A DNA stretch of 64,000 bases from Phyllobates terribilis. Lineage: Eukaryota. The notes under the pieces were generated by a model. It saw nothing but the letters and a program-made list of their open reading frames with translations. It had not been told where the DNA came from and ran no database searches. The position numbers and the translations under genes were made by a program. The stretch spans positions 278,442,001 to 278,506,000 of the forward strand of contig NW_027362769.1 in NCBI RefSeq assembly GCF_046119375.1, read 5' to 3'. Below, piece by piece: positions 1 to 14,112 of this stretch. Positions within the stretch are counted from its first letter, which is position 1. Each line of letters starts with the position of its first letter.

Positions 1-3000
1 GCCTGTGGGAGAATACTCTGTACACACTACTGGTGATGGCACCTGCCGTCATGGAGCCTGTGACTGAATACTCTGTACACACTACTGGTGATGGCACCTG
101 CCGTCATGGAGCCTGTGACTGAATACTCTGTACACACTACAGGTGATAGCACCTGCCGCCATGGAGCCTGTGACCGAATACTCTGTACACACGACTGGTG
201 ATGGCACCTGCCGTCATGGAGCCTGTGACTGAATACTCTTTACACACTACTGGTGATGGCACCTGCCGTCATGGAGCCTGTGACTGAATACTCTGTACAC
301 ACTACAGGTGATAGCACCTGCCGCCATGGAGCCTGTGACCGAATACTCTGTACACACTACTGGTGATGGCACCTGCCGTCATGGAGTCTGTGGGAGAATA
401 CTCTGTACACAGCAATGGTGATAGCACCTGCCGTCATGGAGCCTGTGGGAGAATACTCTGTACACACTGCTGGTGATAGCACCTGCCGTCATGGAGCCTG
501 TGGGAGAATACTCTGTACACACTACTGGTGATGGCACCTGCCGTCATAGAGCCTGTGACTGAATACTCGGTACACGCTACAGGTGATAGCACCTGCCGCC
601 ATGGAGCCTGTGACCGAATACTCTGTACACACTACAGGTGATAGCACCTGCCGTGATGGAGCCTGTGACTGAATACTCTGTACACACTACTGGTGATGGC
701 ACCTGCCGTCATGGAGATTGTGGGAGAATACTCTGTACACACTACTGGTGATGGCACCTGCCGTCATGGAGATTGTGGGAGAATACTCTGTACACAGTAA
801 TGGTGATAGCACCTGCCGTCATTGAGCCTGTGACTGAATACTCTGTACACACTACAGGTGATAGCACCTGCCGTTATGGAGCCTGTGACTGAATACTCTG
901 TACACACTACTGGTGATGGCACCTGCCGTCATGGAGCCTGTGACTGAATACTCTGTACACGCTACAGGTGATGGCACCTGCCGTCATGGAGCTTGTGACT
1001 GAATACTCTGTACACACCACAGGTGATAGCACCTGCCGTCATGGAGCATGTGACCGAATACTCTGTACACACTACAGGTGATAGCACCTGCCGTCATGGA
1101 GCCTGTGGGAGAATACTCTGTACACAGCAATGGTGATAGCACCTGCCGTCATGGAGCCTGTGGGAGAATACTCTGTACACACTACTGGTGATGGCACCTG
1201 CCGCCATGGAGCCTGTGGGAGAATACTCTGTACACACTACTGGTGATGGCACCTGCCGCCATGGAGCCTGTGGGAGAATACTCTGTACACAGCAATGGTG
1301 ATAGCTCCTGCCGTCATGGAGCCTGTGGGAGAATACTCTGTACACAGCAATGGTGATAGCACCTGCTGTCATGGAGCCTGTGGGAGAATACTCTGTACAC
1401 ACTACTGGTGATGGCACCTGCCGTCATGGAGCCTGTGGGAGAATACTCTGTACACAACAATGGTGATAGCACCTGCCGTCATGGAGCCTGTGGGAGAATA
1501 CTCTGTACACACTACTGGTGATGGCACCTGCCGCCATGGAGCCTGTGACTGAATACTCTGTACAAACTACTGGTGATGGCACCTGCCGTCATGGAGCCTG
1601 TGACTGAATACTCTGTACACACTACAGGTGATAGCACCTGCCGCCATGGAGCCTGTGACCGAATACTCTGTACACACTACTGGTGATGGCACCTGCCGTC
1701 ATGGAGCCTGTGGGAGAATACTCTGTACACAGCAATGGTGATAGCACCTGCCGTCATGGAGCCTGTGGGAGAATACTCTGTACACACTACTGGTGATAGC
1801 ACCTGCCGTCATGGAGCCTGTGGGAGAATACTCTGTACACACTACTGGTGATGGCACCTGCCGTCATGGAGCCTGTGGGAGAATACTCTGTACACACTAC
1901 TGGTGATGGCACCTGCCGTCATGGAGCCTGTGACTGAATACTCTGTACACGCTACAGGTGATGGCACCTGCCGTCATGGAGCATGTGACCGAATACTCTG
2001 TACACACTACAGGTGATAGCACCTGCCGCCATGGAGCCTGTGGGAGAATACTCTGTACACACTACTGGTGATGGCACCTGCCGTCATGGAGCCTGTGACT
2101 GAATACTCTGTACACACTACTGGTGATGGCACCTGCCGTCATGGAGCCTGTGACTGAATACTCTGTACACACTACAGGTGATAGCACCTGCCGCCATGGA
2201 GCCTGTGACCGAATACTCTGTACACACTACTGGTGATGGCACCTGCCGTCATGGAGCCTGTGGGAGAATACTCTGTACACAGCAATGGTGATAGCACCTG
2301 CCGTCATGGAGCCTGTGGGAGAATACTCTGTACACACTACTGGTGATGGCACCTGCCGCCATGCAGCCTGTGGGAGAATACTCTGTACACACTACTGGTG
2401 ATGGCACCTGCCGTCATGGAGCCTGTGGGAGAATACTCTGTACACAACAATGGTGATAGCACCTGCCGTCATGGAGCCTGTGGGAGAATACTCTGTACAC
2501 ACTACTGGTGATGGCACCTGCCGTCATGGAGCCTGTGGGAGAATACTCTGTACACAGCAATGGTGATAGCACCTGCCGTCATGGAGCCTGTGGGAGAATA
2601 CTCTGTACACAGCAATGGTGATAGCACCTGCCGTCATGGAGCCTGTGGGAAAATACTCTGTACACAGCAATGGTGATAGCACCTGCCGCCATGGAGCCTG
2701 TGGGAGAATACTCTGTACACAGTAATGGTGATAGCACCTGCCGTCATGGAGCCTGTGACTGAATACTCTGTACACACTACAGGTGATAGCACCTGCCGCC
2801 ATGGAGCCTGTGGGAGAATACTCTGTACACACTACTGGTGATGGCACCTGCCGCCATGGAGCCTGTGGGAGAATACTCTGTACACAGTAATGGTGATAGC
2901 ACCTGCCGTCATGGAGCCTGTGACTGAATACTCTGTACACACTACAGGTGATAGCACCTGCCGCCATGGAGCCTGTGACCGAATACTCTGTACACACTAC

Positions 3001-6000
3001 TGGTGATGGCACCTGCCGTCATGGAGCCTGTGGGAGAATACTCTGTACACAGCAATGGTGATAGCACCTGCCGTCATGGAGCCTGTGGGAGAATACTCTG
3101 TACACACTACTGGTGATGGCACCTGCCGCCATGGAGCCTGTGGGAGAATACTCTGTACACACTACTGGTGATGGCACCTGCCGTCATGGAGCCTGTGGGA
3201 GAATACTCTGTACACAGCAATGGTGATAGCACCTGCCGTCATGGAGCCTGTGGGAGAATACTCTGTACACACTACTGGTGATGGCACCTGCCGCCATGGA
3301 GCCTGTGGGTGAATACTCTGTACACACTACTGGTGATGGCACCTGCCGTCATGGAGCCTGTGACTGAATACTCTGTACACACTACTGGTGATGGCACCTG
3401 CCGCCATGGAGCTTGTGACTGAATACTCTGTACACACTACTGGTGATAGCACCTGCCGCCATGGAGCTTGTGACTGAATACTCTGTACACACTACTGGTG
3501 ATAGCACCTGCCGTCATGGAGCCTGTGACTGAATACTCTGTACACACTACTGGTGATAGCACATGCCGTCATGGAGCCTGTGACTGAATACTCTGTACAC
3601 ACTACAGGTGATAGCACCTGCCATCATGGTGCCTGTGGGAGAATACTCTGTACACACTACTGGTGATAGCACTTGCCGCCATGGAGCTTGTGACTGAATA
3701 CTCTGTACACACTACTGGTGATGGCACCTGCCGTCATGGAGTCTGTGGGAGAATACTCTGTACACAGCAATGGTGATAGCACCTGCCGTCATGGAGCCTG
3801 TGGGAGAATACTCTGTACACACTACAGGTGATAGCACCTGCCGTCATGGAGCTTGTGACTGAATACTCTGTACATACTACTGGTGATAGCACATGCCATC
3901 ATGGAGCCTGTGACTGAATACTCTGTACACACTACTGGTGATAGCACATGCCGTCATGGAGCCTGTGACTGAATACTCTGTACACACTACAGGTGATAGC
4001 ACATGCCGTCATGGAGCCTGTGACTGAATACTCTGTACACACTACAGGTGATAGCACCTGCCATCATGGAGCCTGTGGGAGAATACTCTGTACACACTAC
4101 TGGTGATAGCACCTGCCGTCATGGAGCCTGTGACTGAATACTCTGTACACACTACTGGTGATAGCACCTGCCGCCATGGAGCTTGTGACTGAATACTCTG
4201 TACACACTACTGGTGATAGCACCTGCCGCCATGGAGCTTGTGACTGAATACTCTGTACACACTACTGGTGATAGCACCTGCCGCCATGGAGCTTGTGACT
4301 GAATCCTCTGTACACACTACTGGTGATAGCACCTGCCGCCATGGAGCTTGTGACTGAATCCTCTGTACACACTACTGGTGATAGCACCTGCCGTCATGGA
4401 GCCTGTGGGAGAATACTCTGTACACACTACTGGTGATGGCACCTGCCGCCATGGAGCCTGTGGGAGAATACTCTGTACACAGCAATGGTGATAGCACCTG
4501 CCGTCATGGAGCCTGTGGGAAAATACTCTGTACACACTACTGGTGATAGCACCTGCCGTCATGGAGATTGTGGGAGAATACTCTGTACACACTACTGGTG
4601 ATAGCACCTGCCATCATGGAGCCTGTGACTGAATACTCTGTACACACTACAGGTGATAGCACCTGCCGTCATGGAGCTTGTGACTGAATACTCTGTACAC
4701 ACCACAGGTGATAGCACCTGCCGTCATGGAGCATGTGACCGAATACTCTGTACACACTACAGGTGATAGCACCTGCCGCCATGGAGCCTGTGGGAGAATA
4801 CTCTGTACACACTACTGGTGATGGCACCTGCCGTCATGGAGCCTGTGACTGAATACTCTGTACACACTACAGGTGATAGCACCTGCCGCCATGGAGCCTG
4901 TGACCGAATACTCTGTACACACTACTGGTGATGGCACCTGCCGTCATGGAGCCTGTGGGAGAATACTCTGTACACAGCAATGGTGATAGCACCTGCCGTC
5001 ATGGAGCCTGTGGGAGAATACTCTGTACACACTACTGGTGATAGCACCTGCCGTCATGGAGCCTGTGGGAGAATACTCTGTACACACTACTGGTGATGGC
5101 ACCTGCCGTCATGGAGCCTGTGACTGAATACTCTGTACACACTACTGGTGATGGCACCTGCCGTCATGGAGCCTGTGACTGAATACTCTGTACACACTAC
5201 AGGTGATAGCACCTGCCGCCATGGAGCCTGTGACCGAATACTCTGTACACACGACTGGTGATGGCACCTGCCGTCATCGAGCCTGTGACTGAATACTCTT
5301 TACACACTACTGGTGATGGCACCTGCCGTCATTGAGCCTGTGACTGAATACTCTGTACACACTACAGGTGATAGCACCTGCCGCCATGGAGCCTGTGACC
5401 GAATACTCTGTACACACTACTGGTGATGGCACCTGCCGTCATGGAGTCTGTGGGAGAATACTCTGTACACAGCAATGGTGATAGCACCTGCCGTCATGGA
5501 GCCTGTGGGAGAATACTCTGTACACACTACTGGTGATAGCACCTGCCGTCATGGAGCCTGTGGGAGAATACTCTGTACACACTACTGGTGATGGCACCTG
5601 CCGTCATAGAGCCTGTGACCGAATACTCTGTACACACTACAGGTGATAGCACCTGCCGTCATGTAGCCTGTGACTGAATACTCTGTACACACTACTGGTG
5701 ATGGCACCTGCCGTCATGGAGATTGTGGGAGAATACTCTGTACACACTACTGGTGATGGCACCTGCCGTCATTGAGCCTGTGACTGAATACTCTGTACAC
5801 ACTACAGGTGATAGCACCTGCCGTCATGGAGCATGTGACCGAATACTCTGTACACACTACTGGTGATAGCACCTGCCGTCATGGAGATTGTGGGAGAATA
5901 CTCTGTACACACTACTGGTGATGGCACCTGCCGTCATTGAGCATGTGACCGAATACTCTGTACACACTACTGGTGATGGCACCTGCCGTCATGGAGATTG

Positions 6001-9000
6001 TGGGAGAATACTCTGTACACACTACTGGTGATAGCACCTGCCGTCATGGAGCCTGTGACCGAATACTCTGCACACACTACTGGTGATAGCACCTGCCGTC
6101 ATGGAGATTGTGGGAGAATACTCTGTACACACTACTGGTGATGGCACCTGCCGTCATTGAGCATGTGACCGAATACTCTGTACACACTACTGGTGATGGC
6201 ACCTGCCGTCATGGAGATTGTGGGAGAATACTCTGTACACACTACTGGTGATGGCACCTGCCGTCATGGAGCATGTGACCGAATACTCTGTACACACTAC
6301 AGGTGATAGCACCTGCCGCCATGGAGCCTGTGGGAGAATACTCTGTACACACTACTGGTGATGGCACCTGCCGTCATGGAGCCTGTGACTGAATACTCTG
6401 TACACACTACTGGTGATGGCACCTGCCGTCATGGAGCCTGTGACTGAATACTCTGTACACACTACAGGTGATAGCACCTGCCGCCATGGAGCCTGTGACC
6501 GAATACTCTGTACACACTACTGGTGATGGCACCTGCCGTCATGGAGCCTGTGACTGAATACTCTTTACACACTACTGGTGATGGCACCTGCCGTCATGGA
6601 GCCTGTGACTGAATACTCTGTACACACTACAGGTGATAGCACCTGCCGCCATGGAGCCTGTGACCGAATACTCTGTACACACTACTGGTGATGGCACCTG
6701 CCGTCATGGAGTCTGTGGGAGAATACTCTGTACACAGCAATGGTGATAGCACCTGCCGTCATGGAGCCTGTGGGAGAATACTCTGTACACACTACTGGTG
6801 ATAGCACCTGCCGTCATGGAGCCTGTGGGAGAATACTCTGTACACACTACTGGTGATGGCACCTGCCGTCATGGAGCCTGTGACTGAATACTCTGTACAC
6901 GCTACAGGTGATAGCACCTGCCGCCATGGAGCCTGTGACCGAATACTCTGTACACACTACAGGTGATAGCACCTGCCGTCATGGAGCCTGTGACTGAATA
7001 CTCTGTACACACTACTGGTGATGGCACCTGCCGTCATGGAGATTGTGGGAGAATACTCTGTACACACTAGTGGTGATGGCACCTGCCGTCATTGAGCCTG
7101 TGACTGAATACTCTGTACACACTACAGGTGATAGCACCTGCCGTCATGGAGCATGTGACCGAATACTCTGTACACACTACTGGTGATAGCACCTGCCGTC
7201 ATGGAGATTGTGGGAGAATACTCTGTACACACTACTGGTGATAGCACCTGCCATCATGGAGCCTGTGACTGAATACTCTGTACACACTACTGGTGATGGC
7301 ACCTGCCGTCATGGAGTCTGTGGGAGAATACTCTGTACACACTACAGGTGATAGCACCTGCCATCATGGAGATTGTGGGAGAATACTCTGTACACACTAC
7401 TGGTGATGGCACCTGCCGTCATGGAGATTGTGGGAGAATACTCTGTACACACTACTGGTGATGGCACCTGCCGTCATTGAGCCTGTGACTGAATACTCTG
7501 TACACACTACAGGTGATAGCACCTGCCGTCATGGAGCATGTGACCGAATACTCTGTACACACTACTGGTGATAGCACCTGCCGTCATGGAGTCTGTGGGA
7601 GAATACTCTGTACACACTATAGGTGATAGCACCTGCCGTCATGGAGCATGTGACCGAATACTCTGTACACACTACTGGTGATAGCACCTGCCGTCATGGA
7701 GTCTGTGGGAGAATACTCTGTACACACTACTGGTGATGGCACCTGCCGTCATTGAGCATGTGACCGAATACTCTGTACACACTACTGGTGATAGCACCTG
7801 CCGTCATGGAGTCTGTGGGAGAATACTCTGTACACACTACAGGTGATAGCACCTGCCGTCATGGAGCATGTGACCGAATACTCTGTACACACTACTGGTG
7901 ATAGCACCTGCCGTCATGGAGTCTGTGGGAGAATACTCTGTACACACTACAGGTGATAGCACCTGCCGTCATGGAGCATGTGACCGAATACTCTGTACAC
8001 ACTACTGGTGATAGCACCTGCCGTCATGGAGTCTGTGGGAGAATACTCTGTACACACTACAGGTGATAGCACCTGCCGTCATGGAGCATGTGACCGAATA
8101 CTCTGTACACACTACTGGTGATAGCACCTGCCGTCATGGAGTCTGTGGGAGAATACTCTGTACACACTACAGGTGATAGCACCTGCCATCATGGAGATTG
8201 TGGGAGAATACTCTGTACACACTACTGGTGATGGCACCTGCCGTCATGGAGATTGTGGGAGAATACTCTGTACACACTACTGGTGATGGCACCTGCCGTC
8301 ATTGAGCCTGTGACTGAATGCTCTGTACACACTACAGGTGATAGCACCTGCCGTCATGGAGCATGTGACCGAATACTCTGTACACACTACTGGTGATAGC
8401 ACCTGCCGTCATGGAGATTGTGGGAGAATACTCTGTACACACTACTGGTGATGGCACCTGCCGTCATTGAGCATGTGACCGAATACTCTGTACACACTAC
8501 TGGTGATAGCACCTGCCGTCATGGAGATTGTGGGAGAATACTCTGTAGACACTACTGGTGATAGCACCTGCCGTCATGGAGTCTGTGGGAGAATACTCTG
8601 TACACACTACAGGTGATAGCACCTGCCGTCATGGAGCATGTGACCGAATACTCTGTACACACTACTGGTGATAGCACCTGCCGTCATGGAGTCTGTGGGA
8701 GAATACTCTGTACACACTACAGGTGATAGCACCTGCCGTCATGGAGCATGTGACCGAATACTCTGTACACACTACTGGTGATAGCACCTGCCGTCATGGA
8801 GTCTGTGGGAGAATACTCTGTACACACTACAGGTGATAGCACCTGCCGTCATGGAGCATGTGACCGAATACTCTGTACACACTACTGGTGATAGCACCTG
8901 CCGTCATGGAGATTGTGGGAGAATACTCTGTACACACTACTGGTGATGGCACCTGCCGTCATGGAGCCTGTGACCGAATCCTCTGTACACACTACTGGTG

Positions 9001-10623
9001 ATAGCACCAGCCGTCATGGAGATTGTGGGAGAATACTCTGTACACACTACTGGTGATAGCACCTGCCATCATGGAGCCTGTGACTGAATACTCTGTACAC
9101 ACTACTGGTGATGGCACCTGCCGTCATGGAGTCTGTGGGAGAATACTCTGTACACACTACAGGTGATAGCACCTGCCATCATGGAGATTGTGGGAGAATA
9201 CTCTGTACACACTACTGGTGATGGCACCTGCCGTCATGGAGATTGTGGGAGAATACTCTGTACACACTACTGGTGATGGCACCTGCCGTCATTGAGCCTG
9301 TGACTGAATACTCTGTACACACTACAGGTGATAGCACCTGCCGTCATGGAGCATGTGACCGAATACTCTGTACACACTACTGGTGATAGCACCTGCCGTC
9401 ATGGAGATTGTGGGAGAATACTCTGTACACACTACTGGTGATAGCACCTGCCGTCATGGAGATTGTGGGAGAATACTCTGTACACACTACTGGTGATGGC
9501 ACCTGCCGTCATTGAGCATGTGACCGAATACTCTGTACACACTACTGGTGATAGCACCTGCCGTCATGGAGTCTGTGGGAGAATACTCTGTACACACTAC
9601 AGGTGATAGCACCTGCCATCATGGAGATTGTGGGAGAATACTCTGTACACACTACTGGTGATGGCACCTGCCGTCATGGAGATTGTGGGAGAATACTCTG
9701 TACACACTACTGGTGATGGCACCTGCCGTCATTGAGCCTGTGACTGAATACTCTGTACACACTACAGGTGATAGCACCTGCCGTCATGGAGCATGTGACC
9801 GAATACTCTGTACACACTACTGGTGATAGCACCTGCCGTCATGGAGATTGTGGGAGAATACTCTACACACTACTGGTGATGGCACCTGCCGTCATTGAGC
9901 ATGTGACCGAATACTCTGTACACACTACTGGTGATAGCACCTGCCGTCATGGAGATTGTGGGAGAATACTCTGTAGACACTACTGGTGATAGCACCTGCC
10001 GTCATGGAGTCTGTGGGAGAATACTCTGTACACACTACAGGTGATAGCACCTGCCGTCATGGAGCATGTGACCGAATACTCTGTACACACTACTGGTGAT
10101 AGCACCTGCCGTCATGGAGTCTGTGGGAGAATACTCTGTACACACTACAGGTGATAGCACCTGCCGTCATGGAGCATGTGACCGAATACTCTGTACACAC
10201 TACTGGTGATAGCACCTGCCGTCATGGAGTCTGTGGGAGAATACTCTGTACACACTACAGGTGATAGCACCTGCCGTCATGGAGCATGTGACCGAATACT
10301 CTGTACACACTACTGGTGATAGCACCTGCCGTCATGGAGTCTGTGGGAGAATACTCTGTACACACTACTGGTGATAGCACCTGCCGTCATGGAGCATGTG
10401 ACCGAATACTCTGTACACACTACTGGTGATAGCACATGCCGTCATGGAGATTGTGGGAGAATACTCTGTACACACTACTGGTGATGGCACCTGCCGTCAT
10501 GGAGCCTGTGACCGAATCCTCTGTACACACTACTGGTGATAGCACCAGCCGTCATGGAGATTGTGGGAGAATACTCTGTACACAGTAATGGTGATGGCAC
10601 CTGCCGCCATGGAGCCTGTGACC
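1..10623. repeat. 55-bp tandem satellite, ~193 units, open at the left window edge
   Basis: Consensus gcctgtg(gga/act/acc)gaatactctgtacacactac(t/a)ggtgat(g/a)gcacctgccgtcatgga. Unit starts stay in register at 1, 661, 1321 ... 9241 (multiples of 55) until one 2-bp deletion at ~9865. Array ends at ...gcctgtgacc 10623. Confidence 0.98.
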
Positions 10624-11404
10624 ACCCTGCGGGCAGGCAGACGTCCCCTGCACTGATGGCCAGCTCCTCACCATCCTGTCCGCAGGCGGCTGATGCTATA
10701 TGTCTCCGGCCTCCACTGTGCACTGTGAATGGTTCTCATCTCTTCCATGACACAGTGGCTGGAGGCGCGGACATGAAGGAGGGCCTGTGCTCTGCACTCA
10801 TCTATGGAGGGAGACATTTAGTAGGCGGGATTGGAAATGCATCCTGTTTTCTGCCGCCTGCCCTCTGTGCCGTGACTGACGTGATTCAGGCGCTGTCCTT
10901 TGTCCTGACGGTAAGATACCGGGGCTCGTCCCCAGCTCGTCCGCTGTTCTCTGCAGAAAGTAGCAGCTGCTGGACTACGTCTTGTCAGTAATGGCAGGCT
11001 GTATATGTGGCTGCCGGTGGCGAGTGGCCGATAGCGCGCTAATATGTGGGCGACGCTCAACAGATGGCCGGAGCTGGTGCTACACAGCCGGGTGCTGTCC
11101 GCCCGGGATGGGCGAGCATGGGAGACAGGGAGACGCTGGGCTCTGAAGCATTTGTTGGTTACATCAGGTTATTGCCGCAACATTTCATGTTTGTGCAGAA
11201 GATGGCACCTGTATGAGAGGCGCCTCCTGCCTCTGTCCCCGCCAGACGCTCCGGCCATACTACAGCAGGAAAGATGAAAGTCACCAGAGCGGGTGGTCCG
11301 GGAGGGTACAGGGGTATAGCTCCCACCCATAGTCCTAGGTGTGTGTGTAACGTGGCGCGGGGTAGTAGCCATGGGCGATGTGCTCATCTCTTACGCCCAG
11401 CACA
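10624..11404. promoter_or_regulatory. CpG-rich unique island between two arrays, with promoter-like motifs
   Basis: Many CpGs. GGCGGG then ATTGG (reverse CCAAT) at ~10824-10834, TGACGTGA (CRE-like) at ~10877-10884, and a + strand donor-like acg|gtaaga at 10910/10911. Function not demonstrable from sequence. Confidence 0.3.
10672..10801 (-). CDS. Candidate 130-nt internal exon, unidentified protein (D)ECRAQALLHVRASSHCVMEEMRTIHSAQWRPETYSISRLRTG
   Basis: Minus-strand acceptor ctactaaatgtctccctccatag| and donor G|GTGAGG. Only one of three frames is open (phase 1 to phase 2). No family recognised. Confidence 0.25.
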
Positions 11405-14112
11405 TTACATGAAGGTGGGGGTGCTGGCTGAGTGTGCGCTAGATGAAGGTGGGGTCCTGGGTGTCCGTTATATAAAGGTAGGGGTCCTGGCTGAGTGTCC
11501 GCTAGATGAAGTTGGGGTCCTGGGTGTCCGTTATATAAAGGTGGGTGTCCGTTATATAAAGGTGGGGGTCCTGGCTGAGTGTCCGCTAGATGAAGGTGGG
11601 GTCCTGGGTGTCCGTTATATAAAGGTGGGGGTCCTGGCTGAGTGTGCGCTAGATGAAGGTGGGGTCCTGGGTGTCCGTTATATAAAGGTGGGGGTCCTGG
11701 ATGAGTGTCCGCTACATGAAGGTGGGGTCCTGGGTGTGTCATTACATAAAGGTGGGGGTCCTGGATGAGTGTCCGCTACATGAAGGTGGGGTCCTGGGTG
11801 TGTCATTACATAAAGGTGGGGGTCCTGGCTGAGTGTCCGCTACATGAAGGTGGGGTCCTGGTTGTCCGTTACATAAAGGTGGGGTTCCTGGCTGAGTGTG
11901 CGCTAGATGAAGGTGGGGTCCTGGTTGTCCGTTACATAAAGGTGGGGGTCCTGGCTGAGTGTCCGCTAGATGAAGTTGGGGTCCTGGGTGTCCGTTATAT
12001 AAAGGTGGGGGTCCTGGCTGAGTGTCGGCTAGATGAAGGTGGGGTCCTGGTTGTCCGTTACATAAAGGTGGTGTCCTGGCTGAGTGTCCGCTACATGAAG
12101 GTGGGGTCCTGGTTGTCCGTTACATAAAGGTGGGGGTTCTGACTGAGTGTCCGCTAGATGAAGTTGGGGTCCTGGGTGTCCGTTATATAAAGGTGGGGGT
12201 CCTGGCTGAGTGTCCGCTAGATGAAGGTAGGGTCCTGGGTGTGTCATTACATAAAGGTGGGGGTCCTGGATGAGTGTCCGCTACATGAAGGTGGGGTCCT
12301 GGGTGTGTCATTACATAAAGGTGGGGGTCCTGGCTGAGTGTCCGCTACATGAAGGTGGGGTCCTGGTTGTCCGTTACATAAAGGTGGGGGTTCTGACTGA
12401 GTGTCCGCTAGATGAAGGTGGGGTCCTGGGTGTCCGTTACATAAAGGTGGGGGTCCTGGCTGAGTGTGCGCTACATGAAGGTGGGGTCCTGGGTGTGTCA
12501 TTACATAAAGGTGTGGGTCCTGGCTGAGTGTCCGCTACATGAAGGTGGGGTCCTGGTTGTCCGTTACATAAAGGTGGGGGTTCTGACTGAGTGTCCGCTA
12601 GATGAAGGTGGGGTCCTGGGTGTCCGTTACATAAAGGTGGGGGTCCTGGCTGAGTGTCCGCTACATGAAGGTGGGGTCCTGGTTGTCCGTTACATAAAGG
12701 TGGGGGTTCTGACTGAGTGTCCGCTACATGAAGGTGGGGTCCTGGTTGTCCGTTACATAAAGGTGGGGGTCCTGGCTGAGTGTCCGCTAGATGAAGGTGG
12801 GGTCCTGGGTGTCCGTTACATAAAGGTGGGGGTCCTGGCTGAGTGTCCGCTACATGAAGGTGGGGTCCTGGGTGTCCGTTATATAAAGGTGGGGGCCCTG
12901 GCTGAGTGTCCGCCACATGAAGATGGGGTCCTGGGTGTGTCATTACATAAAGGTGTGGGTCCTGGCTGAGTGTCCGCTACATGAAGGTGGGGTCCTGGGT
13001 GTCCGTTACATAAAGGTGGGGGTCCTGGCTGAGTGTCCGCTACATGAAGATGGGGTCCTGGGTGTGTCGTTACATGAAGGTGTGGGTCCTGGCTGAGTGT
13101 CCGCTACATGAAGGTGGGGTCCTGGGTGTCCGTTACATAAAGGTTGGGGTCCTGGCTGAGTGTCCGCTACATGAAGGTGGGGTCCTGGGTGTCCGTTACA
13201 TAAAGGTGGGGGTCCTGGCTGAGTGTCCGCTACATGAAGATGGGGTCCTGGGTGTCCGTTACATGAAAGTGGGGTTCTGGGTGTCCGTTACATAAACGTG
13301 GGGGTCCTGGCTGAGTGTCCTCTACATGAAGTTGGGGTCCTGGGTGTCCGTTACATGAAGGTGGGGGTCCTGGGTGTCCGTTACATGAAGGTGGGGCTCT
13401 GGGTGTCCGTTACATAAAGCTGGGGGTCCTGGCTGAGTGTCCACTCCATGAAGGTGGGGTCCTGGGTGTCCGTTACATGAAAGTGGGGTTCTGGGTGTCC
13501 GTTACATAAAGGTGGGGGTCCTGGCTGAGTGTCCTCTACATGAAGGTGGGGATCCTGTGTGTCCGTTACATGAAGGTGGGGGTCCTGGCTGGGTGTCCGT
13601 TACATGAAGGTGGGGATCCTGTGTGTCCTTTACATGAAGTTGGGGGTCGGGGGTCCTGGCTGGGTGTGCGTTACATGAATGTGGGGATCCTGGATGTCCT
13701 TTACATGAAGGTGCGGGTCCTGGCTGGGTGTCCATTACATGAAGGTGCGGGTCCTGGCTGGGTGTCCATTACATGAAGGTGGGGATCCTGGGTGTCCATT
13801 AATGAAGGTAGGGATCCTGGGTGTCCGTTACATGAAGGTGGGGGTTCTGGCTGGGTGTCCGTTACATGAAGGTGGGAATCCTAGGTGTCTGTTACATGAA
13901 GGTGGGGTCCTGGATGGGTGACCGTTGCATGAAGGTGGGGATCCTAGGTGTCAGCTACATGAAGGTGGGGTCCTGGGTGTCCGTTACATGAAGGTGGGGA
14001 TCCCAGGTGTTTGTCACATGAAGGTAGGGGTCCTGACTGGGTGTCCATTGCATGAAGGTGGGAGTCCTGGCTGGGTGTCCATTACATGAATGTGGGGGTC
14101 CTGGCTGGATGT
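11405..14112. repeat. 63-bp dimeric minisatellite (34+29-bp related monomers), G-rich on + strand
   Basis: Alternating ataaaggtgggggtcctggctgagtgtccgctag / atgaaggtggggtcctgggtgtccgttat. Regular to ~13300, then degenerate variable-length monomers. Confidence 0.96.

Noticed and set aside
1-10623. CRISPR array or repeat-protein gene (ORFs MPSPVVCTEYS...)
   Set aside because: No unique spacers, units are contiguous, no cas genes, eukaryotic context. A 55-bp period cycles through frames, so the ORFs are chance stop-free runs.
11274-13921. ORFs YIKVGVLAECPLDEGGVLGVR and HPGPHLHLADTQPGPPPL repeats
   Set aside because: Products of a 63-bp period; frequent 1-nt indels break the frame; open on both strands.
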